This document shows positions 19,601-25,710 of a stretch of 25,710 nucleotides of DNA, piece after piece. Position numbers and translations under genes: made by a program. Numbering within the stretch: position 1 is the stretch's first letter; every line of letters starts with the position of its first letter. Source of the stretch: an uncultured Clostridia bacterium (GTDB taxonomy: Bacteria > Bacillota > Clostridia > TANB77 > CAG-508). Location of the stretch: positions 1-25,710 of the forward strand of contig CAUWGC010000020.1 in assembly GCA_963558405.1 (NCBI GenBank), given 5' to 3'. A model generated the notes under the pieces. It was not told the DNA's origin. It was given only the letters and a program-made list of their open reading frames with translations, and did no database searches.

Positions 19601-20969
19601 CGGTTCTAAAAGATAATCCTGTAGTTTCTAAGTCTAGTACACAATATGTTGTATCCAAATCCTGTTCTTTAGCAAAAGCAACACATGGATTTTTATCTGG
19701 TACCAAATATGCTTCTACACCATAAATTACTTTCATATCTTTATTTTCTCTTCCTAATAGTTTATATGCATCTGGAAAAGCTTGTACAACACCATGGTCT
19801 GTAATTGCAATAGATTTCATCCCCCACTTCATTGCACGTTTTATTAAGTCTTTTGCACTACTTACAGCATCCATTTGACTCATTTGAGTATGCATGTGTA
19901 ATTCTACTCTTTTTTCTTCTGACATATCTTGTCTTACTATTTTTTTCATACCGGCAGTTTCTACAATAACATTTGCAATAACTCCCAATTCTTTTGCAAA
20001 TGGGTCATATTGTGCTGTTCCACTTAATCTAATTCCCTTTGCTTCTGTTATTCTTCCCATTACAGTTTTTACTTTTTCTGCTTCCACAAAAGCCTTACAA
20101 GTAATAGTGCTACTTCCATCATACAAATCAAACATAATTAATGTTTTTCCGTTTTTTAATTCTCTAGAATCTGTATGAACTACTTCTCCATCTAAGCAAA
20201 CTTTTCCACTATCTACAGATAAATCAACAACTTTAACTAAAGCTTCTTTAATGTTAGGATTTCTTCCCAATATTAATGGTGTCACTTCTTCTTCCTTATT
20301 TTCTTCTACAACTTGCGTAGCTTTTGCTTGTTGTTCCTGTACTTTTGGCTTATCTTCTACTTTTACTTCTTTAGGTTTTGTTTCTTCTTCTGGAACTATT
20401 GCCATTTCTTTTTGTGCTAGTTGAACTGCTAATTTTTCCGCAAATTTAGCATGTTCTTCACATATTTTTTTGTATTCTTCTTCTGAATTATCTAGATATT
20501 CTACTTTATATTTTTTATTATAAATATTAGAAATTGTATCTTCTAATATTTTTTCAAAACCTCTCATTGTTAATATTTCTGCACCTTTTAGTTTTAAATG
20601 AACTAAAATTTTATTATCTTCTATTGCTATACTACTATTTTTTAAAATTGCTTTTGTTAGTGGATATTTATGTGCCATATATTCAATAATATTTTCCCAC
20701 TCTTTTGAAATTATATTATCATCCCATTTTTCTGTCTCTTGGTACTTAATTACAATACAAATATCTTTAATCATAAATCTATTTTCTAAATAAGTTTCAA
20801 AAGAAAGCAAATCTTTTACTAAAATATTAGAACAAGATAAAATGTGTATTTGTAATTTATCTTCTTTTTTAAACAATTTTATTCCTTGTACTAATGCCTC
20901 TTTTAAATTAGACGTATTTTTAAAATCATTAAATACATTTTGAACGGTCTTATCTGTATTTTCTGCCAT
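16602..20969 (-). CDS. polC: DNA polymerase III PolC
   Basis: PHP motif ELHMHTQMS, embedded DEDDh exonuclease (LDLETTG, HNADFD, HRALDD), GSRGSVGSS, Zn finger CPNC/CPKC, PDIDLNFSG and KLDILGHD; 1455 aa. Confidence 0.98.
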   Translation of the reverse strand: MAENTDKTVQNVFNDFKNTSNLKEALVQGIKLFKKEDKLQIHILSCSNILVKDLLSFETYLENRFMIKDICIVIKYQETEKWDDNIISKEWENIIEYMAHKYPLTKAILKNSSIAIEDNKILVHLKLKGAEILTMRGFEKILEDTISNIYNKKYKVEYLDNSEEEYKKICEEHAKFAEKLAVQLAQKEMAIVPEEETKPKEVKVEDKPKVQEQQAKATQVVEENKEEEVTPLILGRNPNIKEALVKVVDLSVDSGKVCLDGEVVHTDSRELKNGKTLIMFDLYDGSSTITCKAFVEAEKVKTVMGRITEAKGIRLSGTAQYDPFAKELGVIANVIVETAGMKKIVRQDMSEEKRVELHMHTQMSQMDAVSSAKDLIKRAMKWGMKSIAITDHGVVQAFPDAYKLLGRENKDMKVIYGVEAYLVPDKNPCVAFAKEQDLDTTYCVLDLETTGLSFRTEKITEVGIMKVKNGEVIDEFSCFVNPEKPIPEKVVEVTNITDEMVKDAETIDVVLPKVLEFVGDSVLVAHNADFDIGFLKYNAKELGLELNNTYIDTLRLAKELFPDYKKYKLGIIAENLGIKVEVAHRALDDVDTTVKVFNVMISMLKEKGVKKIADIDNMLGNDKDAYKKLPSYHAIILAKDYIGLKNLYKLVSYSHLNYFYKKPRILKSLYKKYSEGLILGSACEAGELYRAIVAGKSDEEIEEIAKDYDYLEIQPIGNNMFMVRNGTVPDENALKDINKKIVELGDKLNKLVVATCDVHFLDPQDEVYRRILMAGQGFDDADEQAPLYLRTTEEMLQEFSYLGPDKCYEVVVTNTNKISDMCENISPISPEKCPPHIPGCEKMIEEIALSKAKELYGDPLPEIVKNRLDKELESIIKNGFSVMYIIAQKLVWKSNEDGYLVGSRGSVGSSFVANMTGITEVNSLQPHYRCPNCKYSDFTDYGYKNGFDLPDKKCPKCGHELTKDGMDIPFETFLGFNGDKEPDIDLNFSGEYQAKAHRYTEVIFGKGTTFKAGTVGTIADKTAFGYVKKYYEERHIPVSTAEVTRLAVGCTGVKRTTGQHPGGIIVVPKGREIYEFCPVQHPADDPNSDIITTHFDYHSIDKNLLKLDILGHDDPTMIRMLQDLTGIDPQKIPLDDKETMSIFCSTKALGVTPEQIHSEVGTFGVPEFGTKFVRGMLVDTRPTTFEELLRISGLSHGTDVWLNNAQTLIQEGTIKLDEAICTRDDIMIYLIKKGLPPNPAFKIMESVRKGKGLKPEQEQMMIEHDVPDWYIKSCKKIKYMFPKAHAAAYVTMAFRIAWFKVHIPKAYYTAYFSIRADGFDSECMAFGKEKVKNKMKEIELQGNSATAKDKDMYSVLEIVLEMYERGIDFLPIDLYKSHATKFIMEEDGIRPPLNSIPGLGTVAAESIDMAKKEGKFMSIDDLKIRSKVGKSVLELLEKFGCLKGMTQSNQMSLFA

Positions 20970-21013
20970 TTATCATTTGCCCCCTTAAAGAAAACAACTT
21001 TAGTTATAATCTT

Positions 21014-21061
21014 ATCACAAAAAAAGACTCTTGGGAACACCCAAAAATCTTTTTTTGTGAT
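21014..21061 (-). terminator. Intrinsic terminator of the Cys-cluster gene
   Basis: Minus strand AGATTTTTGGG-TGTT-CCCAAGAGTCT-TTTTTT, with pairing extending into the flanks. Confidence 0.7.
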
Positions 21062-21069
21062 TTTTCTTT

Positions 21070-21783
21070 TTACGAAATGAATCGATTTTCTTTAAGATTA
21101 TACATCAGCTTTAACAAATTTCTTTCTTCCTCTGACAACATTCCTGTAGTTGCTTGTTTTGCCATAAACTGTTGTGCCAAAATAGTGGCCTGTTCTTGTA
21201 TCACCTCTTTAACACTTTTTCCTGTAAAATGACTTACTAAAGCTCTTAATGTCTTTTGATGCTTCTTCCATGGAACTTCAAGTATGTCGTCAGATACAAT
21301 TGGATGACAATGTAAACATCCATTTTCGTATCCTGGAATACAAAGTATCCCAATAGATGGTCTTTCTTCTGAAGAAAGCGGACATCCTTTTTCGGACCAT
21401 AAACAGCAAGATGAACTTGTTGATAAAAGGTCTACAATTGGTCTACCTACATTTCTTGTCCTCATAAATAAATTTACTTTTACTTTATAATCTATAATGA
21501 TTATTTGTGCTATTATAGATATATAGCCCTTCTCCAGTTCTTTTTTCAAAGAACTAAAACTCATGTCCTTAAAGTCAATAGGAAGATATGAACAACCCGT
21601 ATTCCGACAACAGGAACCTCCACATCTAGAACAAAGTTCTAAATTTTGTAATGATGCAACTGCCTCCACTACCTGACTCTTTGTTAAAGAATTTTTCCCG
21701 TCCCACAATTCTAGATTGTTCAGTTTGTCTTTTACCTCTGTGTACCGCTTTGTTTCAAAAGTATTTTCTTTTTTTGGATTCAT
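21070..21783 (-). CDS. Cysteine-cluster protein resembling the YkgJ/CxxCxxCC family (Zn or Fe-S binding)
   Basis: CSRCGGSCC...GC, then CCLWSEKGCPLSSEERP. AAGGAG RBS. Confidence 0.7.
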   Translation of the reverse strand: MNPKKENTFETKRYTEVKDKLNNLELWDGKNSLTKSQVVEAVASLQNLELCSRCGGSCCRNTGCSYLPIDFKDMSFSSLKKELEKGYISIIAQIIIIDYKVKVNLFMRTRNVGRPIVDLLSTSSSCCLWSEKGCPLSSEERPSIGILCIPGYENGCLHCHPIVSDDILEVPWKKHQKTLRALVSHFTGKSVKEVIQEQATILAQQFMAKQATTGMLSEEERNLLKLMYNLKENRFIS

Positions 21784-21868
21784 TTCTCATCTACTCCTTA
21801 AAATAATTTATTTTCCTTGTTGTATTACCAACGCAAGCAAAAAGGAATACATACAAAAGAGTTTATAT

Positions 21869-21897
21869 ATTATATCATATTTTTATCTAATTTTCAA
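21869..21897 (-). promoter_or_regulatory. Promoter of the Cys-cluster gene
   Basis: TTGAAA, 17 bp, TG-A-TATAAT. Confidence 0.7.
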
Positions 21898-23000
21898 TCA
21901 ATCTCAAAAAATGATTTTAGAACACCTTTTTGTATTATCTCATTAAAAATATTTTTGATTATAATTAGAATTATTGGACCAAGCATTAAACCAATTACTC
22001 CAAAAAACTTAAAACCTGTATACATTCCAAATAGAGTAAATATTGGATGTAATCCCATTTGACTACTAACTACTTTTGGCTCTGCTAAATTTTTAATAAC
22101 TGCCCAAATCCCCCATAATACTATTAAAGCAATTGCAAGGCTTATATTTCCTGTTATCAAAGACCATATAGCCCATAGTACCATAACTGCTCCTGCCCCA
22201 AAAAGTGGAAGAAGATCTACAAATCCAATAAAAATAGCCATTGTTACAGGATATCCCACTTTTATTCCAAACATATTTATAACTGTTAAACCTATTAACA
22301 CTAAAACAAAACAAACAAAAGACAATTTTGCCTCTGCTTTAATGTAATTCCATGCAACACTAAATGTTTCTTTTAAAACTAAATGTACTTTATCTAACCA
22401 CTTTTTTGGTATTTGTTTATTTATTTGCTTTAAAACATATTCTCTATCCATACACATAAATATTATTGCTAAAATTGTTATAAATGTATATGTAATAGTA
22501 GTAGGTACAGCTGTAGCTGTATTAACTAAACTAGTTAGCACTTGTGTTAAAATTCCTTTTACTGCATTTAGAACTCCATCTAAAGAATTTTGCGCAAGTG
22601 TAAAGAACTCACTTGGTAATTGTATTCTACCTTCTTGTAAATCTGAAATAAAAGATGTTGTCCAGTTATATGCATCAGCAAAATAAACATTCAAATTTGC
22701 AAGTAAATTTGTAGACTCTGAAATTGCCTTTGATATTATTAATGTCAATATACTACCTAAAATTGTTACAATTAGTATAAGTGAAATAACACTTGATAAA
22801 CCTCTCTTTAGCTTAAATTTCTTCATAAAAAAACGAATTAGAGGTTCTACTAATGTAGCAATAAATAAAGCAATTAAGAAAGGTAGATAAAACACAGCAA
22901 CTTTATACGCCACAAAAATTCCTAACAAAATACTTGCTAAAATTAATAATTTTACTCCTATTTTTTTATAATATTTTACTTTTTCATTATTTGTGTCCAT
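21894..23000 (-). CDS. ytvI: Sporulation integral membrane protein YtvI (AI-2E family)
   Basis: PFLIA..IA..VEP, VDLLPLFGAG, EPKVVSSQMGLHP and GLMLGP motifs; multi-pass membrane protein of 368 aa. Confidence 0.88.
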   Translation of the reverse strand: MDTNNEKVKYYKKIGVKLLILASILLGIFVAYKVAVFYLPFLIALFIATLVEPLIRFFMKKFKLKRGLSSVISLILIVTILGSILTLIISKAISESTNLLANLNVYFADAYNWTTSFISDLQEGRIQLPSEFFTLAQNSLDGVLNAVKGILTQVLTSLVNTATAVPTTITYTFITILAIIFMCMDREYVLKQINKQIPKKWLDKVHLVLKETFSVAWNYIKAEAKLSFVCFVLVLIGLTVINMFGIKVGYPVTMAIFIGFVDLLPLFGAGAVMVLWAIWSLITGNISLAIALIVLWGIWAVIKNLAEPKVVSSQMGLHPIFTLFGMYTGFKFFGVIGLMLGPIILIIIKNIFNEIIQKGVLKSFFEID

Positions 23001-23046
23001 TTATTTCCTCCTTTTTACCATTGTACATAAAAATGAGGGAAAATGC

Positions 23047-23093
23047 AATAAAAAATGATGAATGTTTTATATAAACATTCATCATTTTTTATT
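23047..23093. terminator. Perfect 21-bp inverted repeat terminator
   Basis: AATAAAAAATGATGAATGTTT-tatat-AAACATTCATCATTTTTTATT at the stop of 23092..23469. Confidence 0.8.
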
Positions 23094-23469
23094 AGATTAT
23101 TATTTTAAACTCTCCATTTAATAATTCCAAATCAATTGCTTTTAATGCATTAGGTTTCCGCGATGCAATATTTATATCACATGGCAAGTACCCCATAACA
23201 TTATCCATAGCTGATTCAATATCAGTAGTTGGTTTTAGTATAATATAAATTTCTCCTGTAGAATTACTTCCTCTGAAATATAATGAAGATTCTACAAAAT
23301 ATTCAAAAGGTGAATTTATTTGACTATTCATTTCATCTAAATTCATTTCAATTATCCGTTTGAAATTTCTGACCTTATCATATGATACCATTATTATATT
23401 TGAGTTTGCTCTACTCAGATATGAAAGTGCTATAACAGCTGCATCTTCAAAGTTTATAAAGTTTTTCAT
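23092..23469 (-). CDS. Hypothetical protein (125 aa)
   Basis: AAGGAGG RBS before ATG 23469 (MKNFINFED). The longer 23574 start would include the promoter. Confidence 0.7.
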   Translation of the reverse strand: MKNFINFEDAAVIALSYLSRANSNIIMVSYDKVRNFKRIIEMNLDEMNSQINSPFEYFVESSLYFRGSNSTGEIYIILKPTTDIESAMDNVMGYLPCDINIASRKPNALKAIDLELLNGEFKIII

Positions 23470-23526
23470 AATAATCCTCCTTAACAATTCTGTTTTCGAG
23501 TGGTAACTAACAAATAACTGACCAGA

Positions 23527-23555
23527 ATTATAGCATAAATTTGTAGGCTTATCAA
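23527..23555 (-). promoter_or_regulatory. Promoter of the 125-aa orphan gene
   Basis: TTGATA, 17 bp, TG-C-TATAAT. Confidence 0.75.
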
Positions 23556-23712
23556 GGATGTGGCAGACTCTCATATGAATAAATGAAATAATAGTAAATT
23601 AAAAAAAGTAAATACTTATAACTTCTATTTCCATATTTTTATTTGATTTTTCCTCTATAAATATTACATTCATTTCTTTTATTCTCTGATACATATAATC
23701 CTTTCTCGTATA

Positions 23713-23758
23713 AAAAAACTGTGTAACTCAAATTTAATTTTGAGTTACACAGTTTTTT
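23713..23758. terminator. Perfect 20-bp inverted repeat terminator closing the pilin transcript
   Basis: AAAAAACTGTGTAACTCAAA-tttaat-TTTGAGTTACACAGTTTTTT. Confidence 0.85.
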
Positions 23759-23802
23759 ATAGCTAGGTTTGCTTTCAGCTCACCTACCTATTCTGCCACA
23801 GT

Positions 23803-23822
23803 GCTTTGCCTGGCGGCAAAGC
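23803..23822 (-). other. GC-rich 8-bp stem / 4-nt loop hairpin, candidate DGR target-recognition cruciform
   Basis: GCTTTGCC-GCCA-GGCAAAGC, 43 nt after the pilin stop. It has no U-tract and is separate from the terminator. Confidence 0.65.
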
Positions 23823-23865
23823 CATCTAATGTTTTACTTTGTATATGCTAATATTTTATGTTTCT

Positions 23866-25095
23866 TTATATAGCATCCAGCTTTACATAAAGCATAGGGC
23901 GAAAAGTCCTGTGAACGCCGTTCGCGTAGGCCGGATTGATGTGGTCACGGTAAGAAGCCGGGTTGTAACTACCCCCGTTGTCAAAGCAGCCCCCACGACA
24001 AACTCGGTAGTTAGTGCCGAACGCCTCATTTGTCAATTCCCAAGCATTTCCTGCTAAATCATACATATTCTTTGCTTTCCAATTTTCGTTTGCTCCTGTT
24101 TTTTGTAATTTACCTTTTTCGTATATTCCTCCTCCGGTGTAATCATAATAATTTCCCCATGACTTACTACCATTCACATCATGTTCTGCATCATTTACAA
24201 ATGTCATTATTGCATCCCACTGCACTCCATATATTAATGCGCTTGTTACTCCATATTCTTCACTTGTCTTTGGATACATTCCTCTACTTAACTCTACTGC
24301 TCCTATTATTCCTTCACTATTTGGTGCTGTACTTGTCATACTTGCTCCCCATGGCAAATAATTATATACAAACTTATCCTTTTGTACTAATACCGGATTT
24401 GTTTCTCCTTGTACTGTTGCTTTATTACTATCTGTTCTTTCTATTTCACATCCCGCCTCATATCTTCCTACGTAAAATCCATGGTATTCATATACACTTT
24501 TATACATATCTGCATACTCTGCCTCTCCTGTTTCATCTGCTGATGTTATTCCACTATATGGCTCTGTATAATATGAATCTGGAGATGTTATTGTTCCATC
24601 ATATGTTGTTGTTCTCTTAAACGCCTTTATATCTGTTTCTGTATCTGTTTCCTCTACTTTTACTGGTATCCATACAAACTGGTTTCCTACCAATCCTACT
24701 GTTATATCTCCTGTTTGTCCTGCTTTTACCGCAGCTTTTTCATCATCTGGATGGTCTGATATTACCAATCCTGTTTCTGCTTCTCCTCCTACATAATAAA
24801 ATCCTTTTGGTATTGGTACTCCATTATGGTATTCTTTTATATTTGGATTATCTGGTTTCTCTGGCTCATTCCCTCCAATACCACTTTCTATCTCATTCAT
24901 TGTATTTAACATATTTTGCAACAATTCTTTTTCCTCGCTTGTTGCATTTGACATATTTTGACTTGCTTCTTTTGCTTTGGTGATAATACCATCATTACCT
25001 ACTACCATACTTATTGTTACACCTGCTAATATTATTAGCACTATTATTGTTATAATTAGTGCAACTAGTGTTATACCTTCATTTTTTCTTTTCAT
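23866..25095 (-). CDS. Type IV pilin-like protein with a C-terminal FGE-sulfatase/C-type-lectin-fold domain; probable DGR target
   Basis: Class III-like signal MKRKNEG|ITLVALIITIIVLIILAGVTI, GNQFVWIPV, GFYVGRYEAG and YDLAGNAWE...RGG...R...FRP motifs. GGAGG RBS. Confidence 0.85.
   Translation of the reverse strand: MKRKNEGITLVALIITIIVLIILAGVTISMVVGNDGIITKAKEASQNMSNATSEEKELLQNMLNTMNEIESGIGGNEPEKPDNPNIKEYHNGVPIPKGFYYVGGEAETGLVISDHPDDEKAAVKAGQTGDITVGLVGNQFVWIPVKVEETDTETDIKAFKRTTTYDGTITSPDSYYTEPYSGITSADETGEAEYADMYKSVYEYHGFYVGRYEAGCEIERTDSNKATVQGETNPVLVQKDKFVYNYLPWGASMTSTAPNSEGIIGAVELSRGMYPKTSEEYGVTSALIYGVQWDAIMTFVNDAEHDVNGSKSWGNYYDYTGGGIYEKGKLQKTGANENWKAKNMYDLAGNAWELTNEAFGTNYRVCRGGCFDNGGSYNPASYRDHINPAYANGVHRTFRPMLYVKLDAI
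23881..24030 (-). other. Putative DGR variable region (VR)
   Basis: By hand count, about 56% GC (23891-24030) versus about 34% in the adjacent 140 nt of the same gene. 19 of 37 codons (24021-23911) end in C and only one ends in A. Confidence 0.75.
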
Positions 25096-25180
25096 ACTTT
25101 TTCCTCCGCTTTCTTATTCAGGTTTTTACTTTATCTTTCCCTACCTCGTTCATTTTATACTATATTTTAATCTTTTTGAA

Positions 25181-25194
25181 TGAACTATAGTTCA
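25181..25194. promoter_or_regulatory. Perfect palindrome matching the Gram-positive LexA box GAAC-N4-GTTC
   Basis: TGAACTATAGTTCA, abutting a weak minus-strand TTCAAA-17-TAAAAT promoter candidate. Confidence 0.4.
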
Positions 25195-25234
25195 AATTCA
25201 ACAATTTTTTTATAAATTTACATCCCAATTTTAA

Positions 25235-25369
25235 GCTGGAATAAATAATAATTTTTTTATATTTTTTGAAAATTGTGGGGACCGTTTTAGAAAATGTTTG
25301 AACGAAGTGAATTACATTTTCTTAAATGGGGATTCATAAAAATATAAAAAAATTATTATTTATTCCGGC
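25235..25369. repeat. 135-bp nested palindromic element
   Basis: Outer arms GGAATAAATAATAATTTTTTTATATTTTT(A)TGAA (25238-25270 / 25333-25366), inner stem AGAAAATGT/ACATTTTCT and central ACGAAGT. Confidence 0.75.
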
Positions 25370-25404
25370 CCACCTCTAACTTGTATCAGGCACTAAACAT
25401 ACGC

Positions 25405-25436
25405 AAAAAAGACAGACTACACTATATAGTCCATCT
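25405..25436 (-). terminator. Intrinsic terminator in the pilin leader region
   Basis: AGATGGACTATA-TAG-TGTAGTCTGTCT-TTTTT. Three G-U pairs make it specific to the minus strand. Confidence 0.7.
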
Positions 25437-25496
25437 TCACATCTCAAACAAACACAGTTATACTGTGCTTTTATTATTCTATTACTTTCTCTAAAA

Positions 25497-25574
25497 TTAT
25501 TGTGTGTGTGTGTGTGTGTGTGTTACAGCCCCAAGGCTTTTACAGATTTTTCTTTTTTCCATTTTTTCTCTCAT
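25497..25574 (-). CDS. Putative leader peptide MREKMEKRKICKSLGAVTHTHTHTQ containing a (CA)n tract
   Basis: ATG at 25574 (or 25562) just downstream of a promoter. The frame runs through the repeat and stops immediately after it. Confidence 0.5.
   Translation of the reverse strand: MREKMEKRKICKSLGAVTHTHTHTQ
25501..25522. repeat. (TG)11/(CA)11 dinucleotide microsatellite
   Basis: Directly visible; the only long simple repeat in the window. Confidence 0.97.
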
Positions 25575-25600
25575 TTCTTTAGTTCTTGTTCTTTTGTTTA

Positions 25601-25630
25601 ATTTTATATTATTTTATTCTTTATTGTCAA
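25601..25630 (-). promoter_or_regulatory. Sigma-A promoter for the leader/pilin transcript
   Basis: TTGACA (25630-25625), 18 bp, TAAAAT (25606-25601). Confidence 0.55.
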
Positions 25631-25710
25631 TACTAATTTTAATTTTTTGAATCAAGTGTGAAATAAAAAGTTAAATGCAAGTATAAAAAAAATTAATTGC
25701 ATTTAGTGGT

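Noticed and set aside
16602-20969. Intein or unusual insertion in PolC
   Set aside because: Length and domain order are normal. The Glu/Lys-rich stretch is the usual variable linker.
442-23358. Obligatory frameshift or reassignment at every CGG codon
   Set aside because: Seven in-frame CGG codons in small ORFs are followed by sensible sequence, and the one at 444-442 aligns to the conserved AbrB Arg. Any recoding must be partial or context-dependent.
23761-23830. c-di-GMP-I riboswitch (GGCAAA and GAAA motifs present)
   Set aside because: It lies 3' of the gene and lacks the P2 tetraloop/receptor and P3 arrangement. A DGR-type hairpin explains it better.
1662-25183. Numerous short ORFs overlapping real genes (e.g. 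5696-6229, 6536-6874, 13023-13289, 16750-17049, 22093-22314, 23839-24057, 24030-24620)
   Set aside because: They are antisense or off-frame shadows of well-supported genes, with no recognisable motifs.
25235-25369. CRISPR array
   Set aside because: The repeats are inverted and present only twice, with no repeat-spacer periodicity and no cas genes.
25096-25710. DGR template repeat or RT upstream of the pilin
   Set aside because: No AAC-rich copy of the VR and no RT-like ORF are visible here or elsewhere in the window.

Overview
Very AT-rich chromosomal segment from a Clostridia-like (Bacillota) organism. The ITLVALIITI pilin motif, ytvI and polC suggest an uncultured gut clade such as TANB77/CAG-type, which is an inference. 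Most genes lie on the minus strand: a tandem AbrB-like regulator, a long-chain acyl-CoA ligase, a TetR plus heterodimeric ABC exporter operon, pgi, ppdK, T-box-controlled glyQS, DUF1294, polC and ytvI. An M23 peptidase and a polysaccharide deacetylase lie on the plus strand. Four orphan single-gene cassettes, each with its own promoter, are interspersed. The most interesting part is the right end (23.8-25.6 kb). A type IV pilin-like gene with a C-terminal FGE/C-type-lectin fold has a GC-rich, NNC-codon-loaded 3' end and a downstream 8-bp/4-nt hairpin. These are the hallmarks of a diversity-generating retroelement (DGR) variable region, but no RT or template repeat is in the window. Upstream of this gene is a short leader ORF containing a (CA)11 microsatellite, and only one of its three frames would carry ribosomes through a following intrinsic terminator. 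This suggests phase-variable attenuation. A second notable pattern is two sites where skipping the C of an in-frame CGG-A restores the expected protein (TetR, ABC exporter C-terminus). All of this was read by eye, with no database searches.
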